From NCBI RefSeq assembly GCF_038025025.1, contig NW_027117340.1:1612001-1676000 (forward strand): a stretch of 64,000 nt of DNA. The letters are read 5' to 3'. This DNA is from Phyllosticta citribraziliensis. Taxonomy: Eukaryota. Position 1 is the first letter of the stretch. Every line of letters starts with the position of its first letter. Positions 60,278 to 64,000 of the stretch are shown one piece after another. Position numbers and translations under genes: made by a program. The notes under the pieces are model-generated. The model was not told where the DNA came from and made no database searches. It saw only the letters and a list, made by a program, of their open reading frames with translations.

Positions 60278-62406
60278 ATGGCCTCCGTGGCCGACATGTC
60301 GCTCCTCTGCGACGCGTGCCGCTCCATTTCCTTGACTGCTCTGACCACCTCCATCATCGACGAATCGACTCCCGAAGGCGAAAAGGCCCATCCCGGCATC
60401 ATCCTCACCACCGACTACCACACCCTACCGCTCTCGGCCCAGACCTGCGAATTTTGCGCCCTTGTCCAGGATGCCTTTTCTCGCGCAGAGAGCCGCCGCC
60501 GCGAATACCCGGACCCTGACCATGCCGACCCTGACGGCCTCGTCAGCCCTGCCGACGCCATACGCCTATCGGGTCCCGGTCCAAGTGGCCCCGTCTATGT
60601 CCAGCTGAGGTCCGTTATGCATGCTCACGACTCCGACGACCGCCACTGGCGATATGGAAAGGGTCTCGTCACCTCCGTCCACACTGCTGGTGGCGTCCTC
60701 ACCGGCCGAATTCGCCTGTCTGCGCATCCAGGTATGCACTCTTCTCGCCGTCCTCAGGCGCCCTCTGTTGAAGCCTCCCAGACAGTCCAGCCTTTTGCAG
60801 CCGTCAGCTCCTCTGTACGCCTCCGCTCCCATCGTCAGACTGCCCAGAGGCTTTTGTATTGGTCCAAGACTGGCTCCAATCGTGCATCCTCGAACACCCT
60901 CGCTGCAGGGAGACTCTGTCCAACACTAGAATGGGCAAATTGGCACCGTTCCTGCCTTTGCGCGTCATCGACGTAGCCCCATTTCCTGCTTCTGCCAGTG
61001 TGCGCATCGTAGAATTGAAGAATAAGCGCGAAAGATACGCCTGCCTTAGTCACTGCTGGGGCCATCCGGAAAATCACCCCCTCACCACCACAAAGGCCTT
61101 GCTGCCACAACACCGAAGAGAAATCTCCTGGGAAAGCTTGCCCAAGACTTTCCAACATGCAACCACCGTGGTCCGCCAACTCGGCTTGCGGTACCTGTGG
61201 ATCGACTCGCTTTGCATTATCCAAGATGACCCTCGTGATTGGGAGCAAGAGTCCCAGAAAATGGGAGACATCTATGAGAAAGCCACACTGACAATTGGTG
61301 CCAGTCACGCCGCCGACTCTACTGAAGGCTTTTTCTGGGAACGCCCAACCCCCAAGCCACCCGTGACACTCCCGTACTACGATGCTGCAGGCGTTCAACA
61401 AGGCCACATGTATGCTTCGCTTTTGCCAGATGACTATCGTACCATCTCCCCGGAGTTTGGGCCCCTCAGTGAACGAGCCTGGGCTACACAAGAATGGCTC
61501 TTGTCGCGCCGCATGTTGTTTTACACAAGGGAGTGCATGGTGTGGTCTTGTCGAACGGTGACACTAAGAGAGACCCGAGACACCTTCCATGACACAGCCC
61601 GCAACACCCGCTGGAAGGTGGTCGTTGAAAAATACTCGGCGAGAAAGCTGACAAGACCAGAGGACCGGCTCATCGCATTACAGGGCTTCACCAATGCGTT
61701 GCAGCGAAAAAATCGAGCCAAGTGCGTTCTCGGCGTCTGGGACGATGCTCTCGCCGACCAGCTTCTTTGGTTCTCAACACAATCGGCAGAAAGAGCCAAG
61801 AGTCCCTTGGTCCTGCCCACTTGGACGTGGGCGTCGACTATTCATGGCGTTCGGTTCCAGAGAACGTCTGGGGCTCGGAGAATGTTTCGATGTGCCCGCA
61901 TTGTCGGCGCCCAAGACGAGACAACTGGTGACGTCAAGAAACACAAGTGCCATGTTGAAGTCACAGGCCTAATTAAACCACTTCCGCAACTGCGCTCTCT
62001 GCCCCACATGAGCCCCTCGGAACGGGCAGAACTAAACTCCTCTGATCCGTCCTTCTTCGAAGTGCTGGAAGACTTGGAGCAAGATCTAGCATCAAATGAC
62101 ACGGGCCAGCTTGGTGCTTGGAAGCTAACATGGCTAGTTTCAGACGGCGCAAACCAGCCTTTTGGCTGGGCAACTCTAGACGAAGGCTGCATCCCAAAGG
62201 GGCAAGTCTACTGTCTCGCAATGCTGGGGCTCAAGGCCCAAGAGCCAGGCACACTCAAAGCGGAATTCCGGCGCCACTGGGTGCTGCTCGTGGTGCGCAA
62301 CGAGAAGGCTTCTAGCGGCGATGGCTTTGTCCGGGTAGGGGTGGGCAAGATAATCGCGCGTGCCTGGTTCGGTGACACCAAGATGAGCAAGGTGCGCGTC
62401 TCTTGA
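60278..62406 (+). CDS. heterokaryon incompatibility (HET) domain protein; intron 60732-60781
   Basis: LPLRVIDV, YACLSHCWG, LPKTFQHA, YLWIDSLCIIQDD, MGDIY, PLSERAWATQE, DRLIAL, PTWTWAS and FVRVGVG; N-terminal CxxC...CxxC. Confidence 0.93.
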
Positions 62407-64000
62407 GCCACGCTTAGGTTGGTTGCTGGGTCGAGTGACGCGGACGACATGTGAGAGAGCGTTTTGGGAACGGACCGGGAAAATTCGACATCCCTTGGGA
62501 AGTGCCAGCCCTGTGTGCTGCCAGAATCTCTGACAGCCGCAAGCGCATGGATAGTCTGACCTTAAAATGGGGGGTTTTTTTTTTGTTGGACAGACTTGTC
62601 AGAAATATTGTTTGAACATGCAAAATCTGTACAGCAATTTCGAGAATAGGCGCAAAACCAAGTTGGGGGCAGATGAGGAGCATTCGTTCGCAGTGAGAAG
62701 CAATAAGAAGAAGCTAATTGAGCTACCCATAGCTAGAGAATCCTTAGGAGCATTCATGAGCTCCACTTTCAGAAGCCGTATTTGTTTGCGACGCACCCTC
62801 GGGACCATGGAAGCATTGCAGTCGAGATCATGTTACAAATCATGGGGTGATGTTGGATCAGTCTGGTACGCTTGATTTAGCCACCGGCGCGTTCCGCATC
62901 CTGCTCCAAAACTCAATCTTTGGCTTTGGGTGCCACGGTGGCTGGCTTATGTCGAGTAGGGCGATCAAGGTACGCCACTTCAGCTCTGTCATCGGCTTCC
63001 CCGGCTCCATGGGCTACAGCAGAGCACGACATGGCCTGAACGCAGTGTGCCGTCAAACTTTTCTCAAAGGTGCCTGGCTGAGAGGGAAATTCTCTCAACT
63101 CCCCGGCAAATGACGTCTCGGCTGATCCGTGATTGCACGAGTGATTGCACGAACGGGGGTTTGTGCGTCGTCCTCCGCGTTCATCTCTTGCTGTATTGGA
63201 TGCTCGTCATCGGTACCTTTCACTACGCTCCCTGTCCGCTTCACTTGGCCAACGTGCCAGTGCAAAAAGGCTTCCAGTAGCAGAGTCTCCAGCTCAGGTC
63301 TCGCCAACTCTTACTCGAAAGGGCCCCAGGAGTAGAACCTTCGTGACTCGCTAGCAAATGACGTCTGAGTAGTGGCATCCGTTGATCTCGAGCGCACAGA
63401 GCCCCCCAACGCCATGGAAACGGCCCGCAATATCAAAGGAGATGATGATGCAATTCCAGACGGCACGAAGCGCAGACACCGCAGCGAAACGGCTCGTCGG
63501 GTCGATTGGTCCTGGCGACTGGGAGACGCACGAGCCGAAGATCTGTATCTCAGCCTTGTGCTTTGGAAGTTGCCGGTCACCTTCCCGACGGTGTGGGCAG
63601 ATGAAGCTTGAAATCAGAGAAGGCGCTGGTTGATGATGGTTGCAGAAACAAACGACCGTAGTGTAGCTCGTTCGCCGCCTCTTGATGTTTATGTTGTTCC
63701 TTTTGCACCCCTGCCGCTCACCCGCAAGCCTGGTCCATGCAAAATCTTATCGATTGATATGCAAGGCGCCATCGGACGTCACTTGTCGCTCGTCGTCGAC
63801 CAAACAACACGGACAACGCGACATCTGTCGCATGATGTGCAAACCCAACGCGCTGCAAAGTCGAGTCTTGCAGATAGGAAGAAGCCAGATGTCTTGAAGA
63901 CTGATTGCCTCGGCTCTTGCTTCTTTGATCCCCTTCGCCTTCTCTTTTCACGCCCGCAGAAGACAAACTTCCATCCTCACCATGTCCTCTCCATCGGCAT

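Noticed and set aside
62407..64000. Short ORFs at the right edge
   Set aside because: Fragmentary, with no motifs and no consistent exon chain; cannot be called as a gene.

Overview
Eukaryotic genomic DNA from a filamentous ascomycete (Pezizomycotina). Evidence: short GT-AG introns with CTRAC branch points, an intron-containing tRNA, GC-rich exons and microsatellite-rich intergenic DNA. About 16 protein-coding genes can be modelled by hand: a large low-complexity conserved fungal protein, a small secreted amphipathic protein, a TM9SF/EMP70 protein, ROK1 helicase, ATP synthase subunit g, a Cps1-like GT2 polysaccharide synthase, an L-rhamnose catabolic trio (LRA4-like aldolase, LRA2-like lactonase, LRA1-like dehydrogenase), a Boi/Pob1-like SH3-SAM-PH protein, an SP-RING/MIZ finger protein, a divergent protein kinase, a frameshifted ketopantoate reductase, three conserved hypotheticals (one needs a GC-AG intron) and a HET-domain protein. 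There is also a tRNA-Ile(AAT). The most striking unexplained structure is a 397-bp element at 2199-2595 with 110-bp inverted arms (one mismatch) around a 177-bp spacer, inside a decayed-looking minus-strand coding region. All family assignments come from motif recognition by eye; no searches were run.
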